DNA from: Fimicolochytrium jonesii
Lineage: Eukaryota
NCBI RefSeq assembly: GCF_025526975.1
Contig: NW_026515688.1
Location: forward strand, 496,001-559,607
DNA: 63,607 bases
Reading direction: 5' to 3'
This document shows positions 62,990 through 63,607 of this stretch, in pieces. Positions within the stretch are counted from its first letter, which is position 1, and every line of letters begins with the position of its first letter. The translations under genes were made by a program, and so were the position numbers. Below the pieces are notes generated by a model. It made no database searches, was not told the DNA's origin, and saw only the letters and a program-made list of their open reading frames with translations.

Positions 62990-63607
62990 CATCTTTCATA
63001 TTTATATTGGTCCAACAATTTGGTACAGGTCACACAATGTTCCACAAGATCATTTCGAGACTGCAGAAGTACGGCCCCTGATAACTGACTACGTAACAAG
63101 CGCAGTTCAGACAGAAATAACGGACTTGCTACCTACGTCAGAATTCTGCAGGTCGAGTCCGCTGTGTTTCCACCAATCCAGGACTGCGTCGCTCGCCGCC
63201 GAGTGGATTGCAGTGTTAGAGTAGCGTAGCTGGAGCCCGCTGTTTTGCCATGCGGACTTGTCTCTGCCATGGCACGTTTCCAACATGCCAGACAACGTGA
63301 GATACCTTAGGATCCTTAGGATCCTTAAGCAGTTCCTTAAGGACATACTGCCGGGTACCTGCGGACCGTTAGGTACCTTAGGATCCTTAGAATCCTTAGG
63401 ATGCCGCCGTCCTAAGGTGAGATTGAGCCCACAGCTTTTCCACCAATCCAGGACCGCGACGCGGCCATAGCGGCTCGCCAAGTAGATTGCAGTATTGTCA
63501 TAGCGCAGATCGAGCCCGCTGTTTTTCCACCAATCAAAGACCGCCACGTTACAATGCAAGCTTGCCCAGTCGATTGCGAGGTTGAATAGCGCAGTTCGGG
63601 TCCGATG
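62990..63607 (-). pseudogene. Degenerate ankyrin-like 'LDWWK.SGL.L.Y' repeat protein; begins outside the window
   Basis: DWWKNSGLDLRYDNTAIYLASRYGRVAVLDWWKSCGL recurs several times; interrupted by a 9-bp CCTTAGGAT minisatellite (~63304-63416). Confidence 0.5.

Overview
Intron-containing eukaryotic DNA, most consistent with a flagellated (zoosporic, chytrid-like) fungus: short GT-AG introns with GCTAAC-type branch points, an ARMC2 gene, a class C GPCR and TTAGGG repeats. Most of the window is ordinary housekeeping genes: ACOT9-like, VAC7-like, ankyrin-RasGEF, PMU1-like phosphatase, DED1, EME1, IDI1, CCCH protein, egghead-like GT2, BRO1, RPL13, VPS35, JmjC, class C GPCR and ARMC2. The main result is a visibly GC-rich island of about 10.3 kb (~4.1-14.45 kb) that the ORF track fragments. 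Read with introns, it contains (i) interstitial TTAGGG tracts at its left end, (ii) a long minus-strand gene ending in a Ulp1/C48 SUMO-protease-like domain, (iii) a divergently transcribed TET/JBP-like 2OG-Fe(II) dioxygenase, (iv) a tandem hairpin array and (v) a 6-7-intron Fanzor1 (eukaryotic TnpB-like RNA-guided nuclease) followed by a structured segment that may be its omegaRNA. I found no recognisable transposase in it, and this copy is decayed (four in-frame stops explicable by C->T, plus frameshifts). Also found: a 3.55-kb non-autonomous Tc1/mariner-type element (34-bp perfect TIRs, TA TSD) holding two solo LTRs, and an snR30/U17 H/ACA snoRNA head-to-head with RPL13. All family calls come from motif recognition by eye; no database searches were run.
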